Shown here: positions 63,735-64,000 of the stretch, piece after piece
Position numbering within the stretch: the first letter of the stretch is position 1
Layout of the letters: each line of letters opens with the position of its first letter
DNA from: Minisyncoccota bacterium
Lineage (GTDB): Bacteria; Patescibacteriota; Minisyncoccia; Phycocordibacterales; UBA9973
Direction: 5' to 3'
DNA length: 64,000 nucleotides
Assembly (NCBI GenBank): GCA_036517215.1
Contig: DATDXF010000016.1
Location: forward strand, 3,175 to 67,174
Program-made: the position numbers and the translations under genes
Notes under the pieces: model-generated
What the model saw: the letters and a program-made list of their open reading frames with translations, nothing else
What the model was told of the DNA's origin: nothing
Databases searched by the model: none

Positions 63735-64000
63735 TTACCTGCTGACTACTTCCACCAAAGTGCCTCTTCGTCCGGCGATTGCGCCTTTGATAAGCATCAG
63801 ATTGTTTTCCTTATCCACAAACACAACTTGCCGATTCTTCTCCGTAATACGATCAGAGCCCATTCTTCCCGCCATACGCATGCCTTTAGGCACGTGCGTG
63901 CGGAGTCCTCCCCCGATGCTACCAGGCTCACGCTCGGAATGTTTCTGTCCGTGTGTTCTCGGGCCTCCGGCAAAACCGTGCCTTTTGACCACGCCCTGGA
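63735..64000 (-). CDS. rplC: 50S ribosomal protein L3 (C-terminal part; N-terminus beyond window end)
   Basis: GFAGGPRTHGQKHSEREPGSIGG L3 C-terminal pattern. Confidence 0.85.
   Translation of the reverse strand, partial: QGVVKRHGFAGGPRTHGQKHSEREPGSIGGGLRTHVPKGMRMAGRMGSDRITEKNRQVVFVDKENNLMLIKGAIAGRRGTLVEVVSR

Noticed and set aside
1-64000. CRISPR arrays, transposases or integrases
   Set aside because: No regularly spaced direct repeats and no recombinase or transposase-like ORFs were seen anywhere in the window.

Overview
This is a low-GC (~42-45%) bacterial chromosomal window with tight gene packing. rpmD (L30) is missing from the ribosomal cluster and there are many small hypothetical genes, which is consistent with, but does not prove, a Patescibacteria/CPR-like organism. 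No rRNA genes, CRISPR arrays, transposases or integrases were seen.

Gene content in map order:
- 1-4563: type IV pilus assembly operon (pilM-pilN-pilO-IPT protein-pilB) on the minus strand.
- 4740-9332: comF, dedA, two GT2 glycosyltransferases, a PAP2-like membrane protein and an ATP-grasp protein.
- 9431-16268: a HAD hydrolase and an efflux-like cluster of four tandem MFS-type transporters plus an SMR pump.
- 16278-16544: divergent tRNA-Ser(GCU) and an unusual type-II tRNA with apparent anticodon ACU.
- 16590-21761: a Fic / Prim-Pol::SF2-helicase fusion / RecQ operon, bracketed by imperfect direct repeats.
- 22567-30138: class IV aminotransferase, recG, a B12 trio (membrane protein - class II RNR nrdJ - PduO-type adenosyltransferase) and tRNA-Ile(UAU).
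- 30194-35492: ftsH, a GIY-YIG / P-loop ATPase / GIY-YIG segment, and an unlisted tmRNA (ssrA) directly downstream of smpB.
- 36681-37858: infC-rpmI-rplT.
- 37892-42860: LOG/TIGR00725-like protein, beta-CASP RNase, and a kinase-CYTH-HAD operon.
- 43119-48757: VirB4/DUF87-like ATPase, map, pyrH-like kinase, adk and a second adenylate-kinase paralog.
- 48827-50530: a higher-GC accessory block (Cas2-like domain protein, tandem-repeat protein, XRE regulator).
- 50694-64000: TrmB regulator, secY and the spc/S10 ribosomal-protein cluster through rplC.

The ribosomal cluster is interrupted three times: by a ~3.4 kb accessory segment between secY and adk, by a ~2 kb segment (pilin, retropepsin-like protease, AbrB-like protein) between rplE and rpsZ, and by ~870 nt of non-coding sequence with a ~360-nt GC-rich structured core between rpsS and rplB.

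Other non-coding signals:
- A near-identical ~74-nt leader upstream of both rpmI and rpsZ.
- A CTAG-rich repeat family present in two copies.
- GC palindromes, including two that form the N-terminal extension of rpsQ.
- A GIY-YIG ORF flanked by perfect 14-bp inverted repeats abutting the ftsH start codon.

The ORF track and my reading of the displayed coordinates disagree by 1 nt for rplB and rplW; I used the track frame there.
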